Positions 1 to 9,295 are shown, numbered from the stretch's first letter. The stretch is 32,000 bases of DNA from Microcystis aeruginosa NIES-843 (GCF_000010625.1 NC_010296.1:2220001-2252000), one strand, 5' to 3'. Notes: a model not told the origin generated them from the letters alone. Numbers and translations: made by a program.

Positions 1-76
1 TGTTAATTTTGTCCATCAGTGTAATTCCAGCTAAATCTCTCACTTTTTTCCGTTATCAATTACTAAGGAGATTTCG

Positions 77-712
77 ATGGCTAAACAATATATGCCACTT
101 GAAGATTGCTCTGGGTCTGCGGTATTGGGTGGAGAAATTCCGCAATTACGTCCCCCAGCATTTTCTGATCACCCACAATATACCACATTTAGCTATACCT
201 ATCATCCAGGGGGATCAGAAATTTCCGAAGCTGTTGCCCCTAATATTAGCACTCGTTTCTATGCCATCGAAGCAACTATTGATTTCTCCAACGCTAAAGG
301 GGACTTACAAGGTGTTCTGATGGCGCACGGCGGATGTTTTGGTGGACATAGTTTCTACATCTATCAGGGAAAACTATGTTATGTCTATAACTGGTTAGGA
401 CAACAACAGAAGATCACTTGTGATCTTCCTCGTCTTAGTAGCGAGGTGACACTCAAAGTTGAATTTGCCAAACCAAAGATAATCGCCCCTTCCGATGAAA
501 AGTTGGGTAACAGCACAATAGATAAGATGAAACTGTATATTAATAACATCGAACAAAATGTCGATATTATAAGAACTTTATCAAATCATACTCCTAACTT
601 CCTAACTCAATATAAACACGAGATTCCTTACGAGTTTCAAGGTGCGAAGCTGCAAAGAATTATCGTTACCATTACCAATGATATTATACTAAATCCCTTG
701 AGTAAAGGCTAG
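77..712 (+). CDS. Arylsulfatase C-terminal-domain-like protein (stand-alone 211-aa ORF, possibly a gene fragment)
   Basis: AAGGAG at 65-70 lies 6 nt before the ATG. The run STRFYAIEATIDF...GVLMAHGGCFGGHSFYIYQGKLCYVYNWLG matches, from memory, the conserved C-terminal domain of long (about 780-aa) bacterial arylsulfatases. No sulfatase catalytic N-domain is present in the window. Confidence 0.5.
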   Translation: MAKQYMPLEDCSGSAVLGGEIPQLRPPAFSDHPQYTTFSYTYHPGGSEISEAVAPNISTRFYAIEATIDFSNAKGDLQGVLMAHGGCFGGHSFYIYQGKLCYVYNWLGQQQKITCDLPRLSSEVTLKVEFAKPKIIAPSDEKLGNSTIDKMKLYINNIEQNVDIIRTLSNHTPNFLTQYKHEIPYEFQGAKLQRIIVTITNDIILNPLSKG

Positions 713-736
713 TTATGAGGAGAGGCAAAAGGCAAC

Positions 737-850
737 CCCCCCGACGTCGGGGGGTTGATTCATAGTAGGGTTGATTCATGAATCAACCCTACCTTGATCC
801 CCCCTTAATACTAGGGCGTTGACAATCCCCGCACTAAAGCGACGGGGATT
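737..850. repeat. Cluster of three palindromes/hairpins (REP-like intergenic elements)
   Basis: Three structures: CCCCCCGACGTCGGGGGG (737-754); a 28-bp perfect palindrome GTAGGGTTGATTCATGAATCAACCCTAC (765-792); and an 8-bp stem AATCCCCG/CGGGGATT (824-831 / 843-850) with an 11-nt loop. Confidence 0.6.
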
Positions 851-887
851 CTTGGTTCAAAGAGATTACTTGCGTAAAATCGGTCAA

Positions 888-1073
888 CTAGAAATGACGG
901 GAAACGATTTTTTCGATGGTTGCTTGGGTATCCTGCAGCAGTTTCTCGCGACTATCGCTAGTATTAGTCAGACTAGGCACGAGATTACGAGCTTGTAAAG
1001 CCATGTGAAGCTGTAGTTGAGCTACATACTCGCGGATATCTTCACGGGTTTCCGATTGGTTAGGATGAAACAT
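888..1073 (-). CDS. Hypothetical small protein (61 aa)
   Basis: Supported only by the ORF. I recognise no motif. Confidence 0.25.
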   Translation of the reverse strand: MFHPNQSETREDIREYVAQLQLHMALQARNLVPSLTNTSDSREKLLQDTQATIEKIVSRHF

Positions 1074-1306
1074 AGAGAAACTGGAAGGGTCTGTCTAGCT
1101 GATGGTGTCTTGTCGATAACTCCTATACAAGTTATCACGAGAGCTTAGGTTCCAGTCAAGGGTCGGCCGCAACTCTACACATTTCTCAACACAACTTATC
1201 TCTCTTTCATCAATCTAAGAGAGTTAAAATGAGAAGAAAAGCCTGAAACCGAGACAGAGACTATGGTTAAGCCTAGACCCGCCCAACGGTCAAATCTGTA
1301 GATATT

Positions 1307-1525
1307 TAGGGTTTGCGGCAAAAAGTTTTTCGGTGGGGGCAGGGTGTGGGGTGTGGGGTGTGGGGTGTAGGGTTTTACCGATTTTCATCTGCTCAATTAC
1401 CTAATTTTCAGGGAAAAAGTACCTGAATTTTCCCCCCGCTCACTCCCACGGCCGGTACTTTTGGATTGACAAAAAGTCTAAAAGTCTTATCCAGCAAGGT
1501 TTTTAGATTTATTCAGCAAGTCCTA
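1307..1525 (+). mobile_element. MITE family A, copy 1 (TA-flanked, carries a (GGGGTGT)n tract)
   Basis: About 220 bp, collinear with 3877-4163. Termini are GGGTTTGCGGCAAAAAG... and ...ATTTATTCAGCAAGTCC (imperfect inverted repeat), each flanked by TA. An internal G-rich heptamer tract at 1332-1373 holds 3 perfect GGGGTGT units. Confidence 0.65.
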
Positions 1526-1648
1526 ACTATAACAATCTAGAAAATATAATTACTTGTGCAACAATGGTAATTCGCCTCAGACAGTGATGCAATTCAGACT
1601 TGAATTGGCCTCAGCGCCTCTCGAACCTAGGAAATTAATTTGGCATGA

Positions 1649-3571
1649 TTACTTAATTTCTACGGGTTCTAAATTATCAGCAGGAGTAAAACCAAAGAGA
1701 CGGGAATAAAAATAAAATTCTGCATCTAATGCTCGTTTTATCGATTCAGCTTGACGAAATCCGTGTTGTTCTCCCGCAAAGGGAACGTAAGCGACGGGTA
1801 AACCTTTTGCTTTTAAAGCTTGTACCATCATTTCCGCTTGATTGGGTGGAACCACTCGGTCTTCTAAACCTTGGAAAAAGATCACTGGACAGGATAACTG
1901 AGCGGTAAAATGAATAGGCGATCGCTGATAGTAAATTTCCTTTTCTTGAGGATAAAGTCCCACCAATTTATCTAAATATCTCGACTCGAATTTATGGGTA
2001 TCGTTGGCTAAAACCTCTAAATCACTAACTCCGTAATAACTAGCTCCTGCTTTAAAAGTATCATGAAAAGTTAAGGCCGCTAAAGTTGTATAACCACCGG
2101 CGCTGCCTCCAGAAATTGCCAATCTTTCCCCATCGACTAATCCCTGATTAACCAAATATTTTGCCCCGTTGATGCAGTCTTCCACATCGACAATTCCCCA
2201 ATTTCCCTGCAAACGCTGACGATATTGACGACCATAACCCGTACTACCGCCATAATTGACATCTAGATAGCCAAAGCCGCGACTGGTCCAGTATTGCACC
2301 CGCAGACTTAAACTAGAGGTGGCCGCAGCCGTCGGTCCACCGTGACTTTTGACTAAAAGGGGCGGTAATTCGCCATTGGGGGCGGTATAATCGGGGTTTT
2401 TGGGGGGATAATACCAAGCATAGGCCGTTAGTCCCTTACTGGTGGGAAAAGCGAGCATTTCCGGAATCGAGAAATAATCGCTAGAAATAGTTAAATTACT
2501 GGAAGATTTGAGAATTTCTCTCGTTCCTGTGGCTAAATCCATTGAGACAACCGCCGTTACTTCCCTGAAAGAACCGCCAATAAAAACTATTTTGTTATCG
2601 CTAACTTGTAGGGAAGAAATGTTAGTATCAGCAGTGATAATTTCTTGGAATTCTCGATTAACAGTATCGATACTTCCTAAATACCAACGACCATTTTTTG
2701 TATAGCTACAAATAATCTGGGATTCCCCAGCAAAGCCGTAGTTAGATAAACCAAAAACCCAATGAGGGTAGGCAAATTCAGCATCAATTGGTTCGATAAC
2801 TGGTTCGATTTGTTCATCGTGTTTAAAGCAATAAAAGTTCCAGAAATCATTGCGATCGCTGGTAAAATATAACTGTTGATCGGCGGACCAGCGCGGTTCA
2901 CATACTGACTCATTTTCACCACCAGCAATGACCCGAATATTACTCAAATAAAGATGATTAATATCGGCCACCCAGAGAAAAGAACTATCCCAGGGCATAT
3001 TAGGATGATTCCAACTAATCCAAGCTAATCGAGAACCGTCGGCACTCAAGCGAGGAGAGGTATAAAAATCATCGCCTGATACTAAAGTTTCTATGTTTCC
3101 TGTATCCACATCGATGCTGACAATACTATTAACTGGTTCTCGATCTTTTTGGCTATGATCTTCACAAACACAGATTAAACGATTGCGAAATTCATCGAGA
3201 ATTAAATCCGCATAACGACAGGAATTTTCTGGGGTCAGAGGTTGGGGTAAACTATCGGCAGTTTGGCGATAAATTCTTTGGTCAGCAAAATTACAAAAAT
3301 AGATAATTCCGGCAACAATTAGATAGGAACCTCCCCCGTATTCATGGACACGAGTTCGCACATTAAAAGGTGCTGGGGTGATGTCTGTGGTTGTGCCGTC
3401 GGGGTTTAATTTAACTAAAACATTTCGCCCCTTTTCCTGTGGTCTGCCTTCTAACCAATAAATATCTTCTCCATCTACAGTTACACCACCAAGACTAATC
3501 GATTCTGCCACAATTAGATCGGAGGTAATCGGTGATTTCCAGGAACCGTAAGCTGATACTTGATAAGACAT
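1649..3571 (-). CDS. S9 family serine peptidase (prolyl oligopeptidase / acylaminoacyl-peptidase type)
   Basis: 640-aa ORF with a beta-propeller-like N-terminal half. The C-terminal alpha/beta hydrolase region has the nucleophile elbow ISGGSAGGYT, then GLEDRVVPP (Asp) and AGEQHGF (His). Confidence 0.9.
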   Translation of the reverse strand: MSYQVSAYGSWKSPITSDLIVAESISLGGVTVDGEDIYWLEGRPQEKGRNVLVKLNPDGTTTDITPAPFNVRTRVHEYGGGSYLIVAGIIYFCNFADQRIYRQTADSLPQPLTPENSCRYADLILDEFRNRLICVCEDHSQKDREPVNSIVSIDVDTGNIETLVSGDDFYTSPRLSADGSRLAWISWNHPNMPWDSSFLWVADINHLYLSNIRVIAGGENESVCEPRWSADQQLYFTSDRNDFWNFYCFKHDEQIEPVIEPIDAEFAYPHWVFGLSNYGFAGESQIICSYTKNGRWYLGSIDTVNREFQEIITADTNISSLQVSDNKIVFIGGSFREVTAVVSMDLATGTREILKSSSNLTISSDYFSIPEMLAFPTSKGLTAYAWYYPPKNPDYTAPNGELPPLLVKSHGGPTAAATSSLSLRVQYWTSRGFGYLDVNYGGSTGYGRQYRQRLQGNWGIVDVEDCINGAKYLVNQGLVDGERLAISGGSAGGYTTLAALTFHDTFKAGASYYGVSDLEVLANDTHKFESRYLDKLVGLYPQEKEIYYQRSPIHFTAQLSCPVIFFQGLEDRVVPPNQAEMMVQALKAKGLPVAYVPFAGEQHGFRQAESIKRALDAEFYFYSRLFGFTPADNLEPVEIK

Positions 3572-3702
3572 TTTCTACTAAAGCAGTGATCTTAATGGTG
3601 AACTAACTTGATCAGAAACGCTGATAAATTAAGAAAATTCCGAGTAAACAGAACAAAGTAGGGATTGGCCGCATCCCTACCTGACTCTCTGTTTTTCTGC
3701 AA

Positions 3703-3776
3703 TCGGAGCGGCGGGATTCGAACCCACGACCCCTACTACCCCAAAGTAGTGCGCTACCAAGCTGCGCTACGCCCCG
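3703..3776 (-). tRNA. trnP: tRNA-Pro (anticodon GGG)
   Basis: The reverse complement folds by eye as a cloverleaf: acceptor CGGGGCG/CGCTCCG, D arm GCGC-AGCTTGGTA-GCGC, anticodon arm CTACT-TTGGGGT-AGTAG (GGG with G37), T arm GTGGG-TTCGAAT-CCCGC, discriminator A. CCA is not encoded. Confidence 0.9.
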
Positions 3777-3876
3777 ATATTGAACCTTAACTATCATAGC
3801 GATAATCGCAGCATTTTGCAAGCTTTTTTTTCTTCCTTTCTCCCCCATCCCCGGAATTAGCGGCCAGCTATCTAGC

Positions 3877-4163
3877 TAGGGTTTGCGGCAAAAAGTTGTT
3901 CGTGGGGACAGGGTGTGGGGTGTGGGGTGTGGGGTGTGGGGTGTGGGGTGTAGGGTGTAGAGTTTTACCAGTTTTGAGGACGTTCGGCGAAGCTCAGTCG
4001 AGTGGACGGTGAGCTTGTCGAACCGCCGTGGCCAATTACCTAATTTTCAGGGAAAAAGTGCCTAAATTTCCCCCCGATCACTCCCATATCTGGTACTTTT
4101 TGATTGACAAAAAGTCTAAAGGTCTTACCCAATAAGGTTTTTAGATTTATTCAGCAAGTCCTA
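3877..4163 (+). mobile_element. MITE family A, copy 2 (5 GGGGTGT units plus an extra ~55-bp internal hairpin insert)
   Basis: Same termini and TA flanks as 1307-1525. The G tract at 3903-3958 has 5 perfect GGGGTGT units. Extra segment at ~3975-4030 relative to copy 1. The 3' end overlaps the last codons and stop of the CDS at 4151-5362. Confidence 0.65.
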
Positions 4164-5362
4164 GCTAATTGGGGAATACGTCCTTTTAATCCCGTCATTA
4201 ATTGCAGGGCAAACAATTTCAACGGGGGGAAACCGCGCATAATTGCCAATCCGAGACGACGGATGACAACGATAGGTGGCCAGTTATTGGAGAACAGGCG
4301 ATCTAGAAAATCTGTGAAGCCTAAAATCGCTAAATTCTCCGATCTACGCCATTTTTCGTAGGATTTTAGGGTAGAAAGCGCTCCTATATCTTCTTGCTTT
4401 TCTACTGCTTCCTTTAATACCTGCGCTAAAGCGGCTGCGTCGCGAATGCCTAAATTTAAACCTTGACCACCGACGGGATGACAACAGTGAGCGGCATCAC
4501 CAATTAAAGCCAGTCGTGGTTTAACATAGGTATCGCTCTGCATTAACTGTACGGGAAAGAGAGTGCGGGGGCTAACTAATGCTATTTTTCCCAGTAATCC
4601 CCCCGTATATGCCTCTAATTTCTTGATAAATTCCGCTTCGGGCATTTCTTGCAGTTTTTTCGCTTCCCCATGGGGATTTGTCCAAACGATCTGACAGCGA
4701 TTACCCTGGAGCGGTAAAATGCCCATCGGACCGGTGGGCCAAAATCTTTCAAAGGCGGTATCGTTGCGATCGAGTTGATGTTTAATGGTGAAAGCGACAC
4801 AGGATTGCCAATATTTCCAACCTTTGGTTTGAATTTGCGCCCCTTGCCGGATAGCGGATCTGGCTCCATCGGCCCCGATGACTAATTTTGTGGTGATTTT
4901 TCGGGTTTGACCGGCTTCTTCCAGGGTGACAGTGGCTGTTTCTGCTCCGTACTCCACTTCTAACACTTTGGCAGGGGATAACCAGTCAATGCGATCGCAA
5001 TCTTGGCTGGCATTGTGCAGGGCGGTTAAAATCACTTGATGTTCGCCCACATAGCCCAAATAATCGGTTTTTAGCTCATCGACCACAAAGGGGACAAAAA
5101 TCGGAAAATCGGCATCAGAAAGGCGAATATGACGAAATTTACCGATACTGGGCGAGATTTTATCCCAGATACCCAAGCCTGTAAAAATCCGGCTGGACAT
5201 CAGCGAGAGGGCATAAGCTTGACGACGGGAGGCGGCCACCTCTAGGGGACGTTCCTCGATCATAGCGATATTTAATCCTGTATTTTTTAAGGCCACCGCT
5301 AGGGTGGTTCCGACTATGCCGCCCCCGACAATGATTAAATCGTAGCTGTCCCGTCCTAACAT
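4151..5362 (-). CDS. FAD-dependent monooxygenase, UbiH/UbiF/VisC/COQ6 family (quinone-ring hydroxylase type)
   Basis: N-terminal dinucleotide fold DLIIVGGGIVG. Conserved GDAAHCCHPVGGQGLNLGIRDA motif. 403 aa. Confidence 0.85.
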   Translation of the reverse strand: MLGRDSYDLIIVGGGIVGTTLAVALKNTGLNIAMIEERPLEVAASRRQAYALSLMSSRIFTGLGIWDKISPSIGKFRHIRLSDADFPIFVPFVVDELKTDYLGYVGEHQVILTALHNASQDCDRIDWLSPAKVLEVEYGAETATVTLEEAGQTRKITTKLVIGADGARSAIRQGAQIQTKGWKYWQSCVAFTIKHQLDRNDTAFERFWPTGPMGILPLQGNRCQIVWTNPHGEAKKLQEMPEAEFIKKLEAYTGGLLGKIALVSPRTLFPVQLMQSDTYVKPRLALIGDAAHCCHPVGGQGLNLGIRDAAALAQVLKEAVEKQEDIGALSTLKSYEKWRRSENLAILGFTDFLDRLFSNNWPPIVVIRRLGLAIMRGFPPLKLFALQLMTGLKGRIPQLARTC

Positions 5363-5552
5363 ATAAATATTTTTCTCAAAGATAATCAGTGACTACACTG
5401 ATCTATTCTGACACGATTTTCGGGGTTGCTGTCGGGTTTGATTGTCTTCACCCCACCTAGCCATTGATCGACTTGAAAGGGTTTTGTCCGTTGCCGAGAG
5501 TTTCGGGTTATCGCTCTTCCTGGACTTCTGGAAGGGTGATAACAAGCGGCTA

Positions 5553-5724
5553 AGTAGCTGGTTATAATTAAATTAAAAATGGATTTTAGGTTCGATCCCC
5601 CCCTGCCCCCCTTAATAAGGGGGGTGCCGATCCCCCCTGCCCCCCTTGATAAGGGGGGTGCCGATAGGCGGGGGGATCCCCCTTAATAAGGGAGTCATCT
5701 GATAATTTTTAACGCCTACCTACT
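5553..5724 (+). mobile_element. MITE family B, copy 1 (TA-flanked, internal C6/G6 hairpin repeats)
   Basis: Collinear with 9997-10206. Ends are AGTAGCTGGTTATAATTAAATT... and ...AATTTTTAACGCCTACCTACT, both flanked by TA. Internal repeated CCCCCCTT(A/G)ATAAGGGGGG hairpins. Confidence 0.6.
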
Positions 5725-5847
5725 TACAAGCTCTGTTAGCTGATGCTCCTGGGGTGCCAGTCTTCTTGGATACCCCGACTTGGGGCGACAACCCGAGAAG
5801 TTGGCTCAAGACAAAACCCGCAACAGCTAGACTACTCTTTTTTTAAC

Positions 5848-7008
5848 TTAAGGCAAGCTTTCTATTAATTGAATCACAAAGTTAGCCCTTGCAGAATCGC
5901 CTAAAGCTAGATAACCTTCTCTAGCTTTACTATACCAAATCTTGGCTTGATTATTATCTCCTAAAGCGGCATAAACTTCTCCTAAACCAAATTGAGCCAA
6001 GGTTTTTTCTTCTAATTGTTCTGGTATCTGAGCTAATTTTATCGCCTTCAGATAATGATTGGTAGCTAGATTAGCTAGGCCAATTTGCCAGTACAAGTCA
6101 GCTAAGTTTCTCTCGATAATGGCTGAATTTTGACCCTGTTTGATGGTAGTTTCTAGAATAGTGATCGCTTCACTGGTAAGATGATAAGTTGCTAGGGATT
6201 TGGAGGATAAAACATAGTTATTAAAAGTTGAAGTCGGTAGGGTATAAGTTCCATAAAAATCGGCTAATATTAATGCTTTAGTTTGCTTATTTATATTTAA
6301 TTGTTCTATTTTATTAACTTCGGCCTGTATAGTTGCAACTTCTGAGGAATGTAACCTGATGAATTCTATTTTAGAAGCTTTATCTTGCTCGGAAGACTGT
6401 CCCCCATCGGTTTGAATTGTCACAGAATAAGGAATACCAGGCTGAAAAACTGGTGTTCCGGGATAGGAAATTTGGGTTTGAGAAACTTGCTTTTCCCAGA
6501 TAATCCCCTGTGAATCCATAACTTTTATTGTGTAATATCTCGTTCGGGAAACTTCATTCCAGCGCAAAATGGGGGTATCTGTCAGTATCAGGGTGTGACG
6601 GGGTGAAATGAGATAGGGAATGAGTGCATTTGTTCCCCCTAAAGAACCCGGGGGTGGGGGATTTTTGGCTTTTAACGCTTCCCAGATGGGGCAAATTGTC
6701 TTTAGTCCAGAGGGTACACCTGAACTAACTGGGCGTTGTTGTAAATCGGGACATAATACTGTCACCCTAACACCCTGAAGAGGAAAAATTTGATCGCCTT
6801 TGTTTAATTCTGTATTAATAGAAACGGGTTTAAATTCAGTCCAATTTTGTCTTTTTAGCTTGACGATACCAGTTGTTGATTCAATTCTAGCAGGCAAGGC
6901 TATCCCTTTAGCACTTTCTAAAAATAGGGTCAGCATTCCTGTGGTTAATCCTAATAGGATGAGTTGGGTTTTGGTGAGCATTTTTGTTTCTCCCGGTTTG
7001 CTAGACAT
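5848..7008 (-). CDS. Secreted/anchored protein with a beta-rich N-terminal region and C-terminal TPR-like repeats
   Basis: 386-aa ORF with an N-terminal hydrophobic segment LILLGLTTGMLTLFL. C-terminal TPR-like helices (AQFGLGEVYAALGDNNQAKIWYSKAREGYLALGD). An alternative start is Met10 (6981). Its 5' end overlaps the reconstructed upstream gene by 58 nt. Confidence 0.55.
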   Translation of the reverse strand: MSSKPGETKMLTKTQLILLGLTTGMLTLFLESAKGIALPARIESTTGIVKLKRQNWTEFKPVSINTELNKGDQIFPLQGVRVTVLCPDLQQRPVSSGVPSGLKTICPIWEALKAKNPPPPGSLGGTNALIPYLISPRHTLILTDTPILRWNEVSRTRYYTIKVMDSQGIIWEKQVSQTQISYPGTPVFQPGIPYSVTIQTDGGQSSEQDKASKIEFIRLHSSEVATIQAEVNKIEQLNINKQTKALILADFYGTYTLPTSTFNNYVLSSKSLATYHLTSEAITILETTIKQGQNSAIIERNLADLYWQIGLANLATNHYLKAIKLAQIPEQLEEKTLAQFGLGEVYAALGDNNQAKIWYSKAREGYLALGDSARANFVIQLIESLP

Positions 7009-7450
7009 TGTTGTGCTTGTATTCTCCAGCTATCTTCGTCAGGATTTAAGCTGTTAGTGTATTGATTACAGGTTTCCCATTCTTTTAAGGCCTCTGTTTG
7101 GTTATTTTGGGCTTCTCTTACCTGCGCTAGTAAACAATGAGGGGCAGCACTATTTTTATCTAATTTAATCGCTTCTGATAAAGCTGTTTCTGCCCCTGGA
7201 ATATCTCCTTGTTTTAGCCTTGCCCAACCTAAATTTTTCCAGATAGCAAATTGGGTTTCTTGATCTAATTTTGCCTCAGATTGGGCTTTAAGTAAGAGGT
7301 GAACAGCAGCAGGATAATTTTTATTGAGAATATGTAATCGAGCTAGATTATTAATAGCGGTAGTGTTACCCCCTTGTATAGCTAATATATATTCTTTTCT
7401 AGCTGAAGCAAAATCCTGTAATTCTTCGTAGAGTAATCCTAAGTTAAAAT

Positions 7451-7637
7451 GGCTCTTCGGTAATTGTTATGCAATGGACGGGGGTTATAAGGGATGGAAC
7501 CCTTATATAGAAAGGCGTTTAGCGATTTTTGTCAATTGTTTTTGATCTAAAGCGAACTCATCAATTAAGTCTTTTGCCAGATAAGGATTTAGTCAATTTA
7601 TGCCCCCCTATCGAACCATACCAAGTAACGAAGAGCC
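7451..7637. mobile_element. MITE derived from the ISL3-family element of this window
   Basis: 187 bp. Ends are GGCTCTTCGGTAATTGTTATGCAA and, on the other strand, GGCTCTTCGTTAC. These match the two termini of the IS at 13766-15187. 8-bp direct repeat GTTAAAAT at 7443-7450 and 7638-7645. Confidence 0.8.
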
Positions 7638-8345
7638 GTTAAAATGTGCCTCAGCGTCATCTGGATTTAAAGACAAAGCTCGTTGATAATCTTCTTCTGC
7701 ACTGCTCAAATCTCCCTTTTCATAATGACTCCAACCCCAATGATTATACCAGGTGGCTACAGTTGGTAAAGAGAGTCTTAATCCCCAAATACTCAGCATT
7801 AATAAAAAAGATAAACCAGCGCCAATTTCCTGCCAGTATTGTTCTTGAATCCCAAAGCGTGTCAGTAAGTTTTTTCCAGTTTCTTGTCCAGTTTTAGTTA
7901 AGATTCCTCCTGCGGCAAGTAAGGTTAATATACTTTGAAAACTGACTAAAACACCTCCCAAAATATCGCTTCCCCCTGAAAGAAACCGCGAGCCAATTTC
8001 ACCAATTAATCCTAAAGAAATTGTCAAGAAAGTAACAGAAGCTCCATTTGCCAATAAATCGTATTTATGCCAAGGAGAATCAATTTTAGGGACTTCAAGT
8101 AGCCACCACCAATTTTTAGTATCGGGATTAAAATTGGGACGTAATTGGGCGATTGTTGGGGCGATTGTGGCTTGTTTTTTCCTAAGAATGTTGTCTAATT
8201 CTTGGAGAATATTTAGGATATTATCAGTAATTAAATAGATTTCTGTTAGCTTAGTTTGAATGCGATCGCGGGCTAGTAAAATATTAAGAATTTCGGCTTC
8301 TGTTGGTGTAGTATGCTCTTGGAGAATGGCGATCAAATCTTGATA

Positions 8346-9295
8346 TAGTCATTTCAAATAAGTGTGAGACGAGGGAAAAATAAGGTAAAATCAAGAGAAA
8401 CGAGCAACCCATACAGAAAAATGTCTTATAGCCTAGACTTGAGAAAAAAAGTAATCGATTATGTAGAGAATGGGGGAAGCATAACCAAAGCCGCCGCTCT
8501 ATTTAATATAGGAAGAGCGACGATATATAGATGGCTAGGTAGGGAAAAACTGGAAGCAACAAAGGTAAAACACCGTCAGAGAAAGCTGGACTGGAAAGCA
8601 CTGTCAAAAGATGTCCAAGAAAATCCCGAGGCAAGATTAAGAGACAGAGCCGAGAAATTTGGAGTGAGACCAAGTGCCATTTGCTATGCCTTAAAAAACA
8701 TGAAAGTTACCAGAAAAAAGAAGGAACTTCGTTATAGAGAAAGAAACCGAGAAGAAAGAATGAAATACTACAGAGTGCTGAGAGAATTGATTAAAATATA
8801 TGGAAGTGAAAGCCTTGTATTTATTGATGAGTCAGGGTTTGAAGAATTTCAAGCCTGTTTTTATGCTTGGTCAAAAAAAGGGAAGAAAGTCTTTGGAGAT
8901 AGACAAGGAAAACGAGGAAAAAGAGAGAACCTTGTCGCTGGTAGAAGAAAGGGAAAAAAAGACTTTATTGCACCGATGGTATTTACGAGAAGCCTGAATG
9001 CCGAAGGTTTTGAAGGGTGGTTATCTTTATATTTGTTGCCCTCTCTAACCATAACATCAGTATTAATTATGGATAATGCACCAATTCATCGGAAGACAGT
9101 CATTAAACAACTGGTAGAGGAAGCAGGTCATCAGGTCGTGTTTTTGCCAAAATACTCTCCTGATTTAAATGATATCGAACATGATTTTAGTGCATTAAAG
9201 AGGGCAAGAATGTATGCTCCTGTGGGGACACCCCTTGATGAAATTATTCGTACTTATTGTGTCGCCTAGTGTCTCGTTCTTATTTGAAATAACTA
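8346..9295 (+). mobile_element. IS630-family insertion sequence
   Basis: Terminal inverted repeats TAGTCATTTCAAATAAG / TAGTTATTTCAAATAAG. TA duplication at 8344-8345 and 9296-9297. Single DDE transposase ORF. Confidence 0.85.
8421..9269 (+). CDS. IS630-family (Tc1/mariner-like) DDE transposase
   Basis: The N-terminal HTH MSYSLDLRKKVIDYVENGGSITKAAALFNIGRATIYRWL is typical of the family. DDE-type residues sit in VFIDESGF, IMDNAPIH and DLNDIEHDF. The track ORF starts at a GTG at 8364; the ATG at 8421 is more likely. Confidence 0.85.
   Translation: MSYSLDLRKKVIDYVENGGSITKAAALFNIGRATIYRWLGREKLEATKVKHRQRKLDWKALSKDVQENPEARLRDRAEKFGVRPSAICYALKNMKVTRKKKELRYRERNREERMKYYRVLRELIKIYGSESLVFIDESGFEEFQACFYAWSKKGKKVFGDRQGKRGKRENLVAGRRKGKKDFIAPMVFTRSLNAEGFEGWLSLYLLPSLTITSVLIMDNAPIHRKTVIKQLVEEAGHQVVFLPKYSPDLNDIEHDFSALKRARMYAPVGTPLDEIIRTYCVA

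Noticed and set aside
9-320. 103-aa ORF overlapping the start of the arylsulfatase-like ORF
   Set aside because: It is in a different frame from a motif-supported ORF, with no RBS and no recognisable motifs.
1074-1306. Possible structured ncRNA or riboswitch upstream of the 61-aa ORF (small hairpins GATAACT...AGTTATC and CTCTC...GAGAG)
   Set aside because: The stems are short, I recognise no conserved RNA motif, and the downstream ORF itself is doubtful.
1590-1607. Hairpin CAATTCA-GACT-TGAATTG downstream of the peptidase gene as a terminator
   Set aside because: The 7-bp AT-rich stem has no U-tract on either strand, which is insufficient support.
3612-3848. 78-aa ORF on the minus strand
   Set aside because: It is read straight through the tRNA-Pro gene (3703-3776). 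The ORF is an artefact of the tRNA sequence and flanking MITE DNA.
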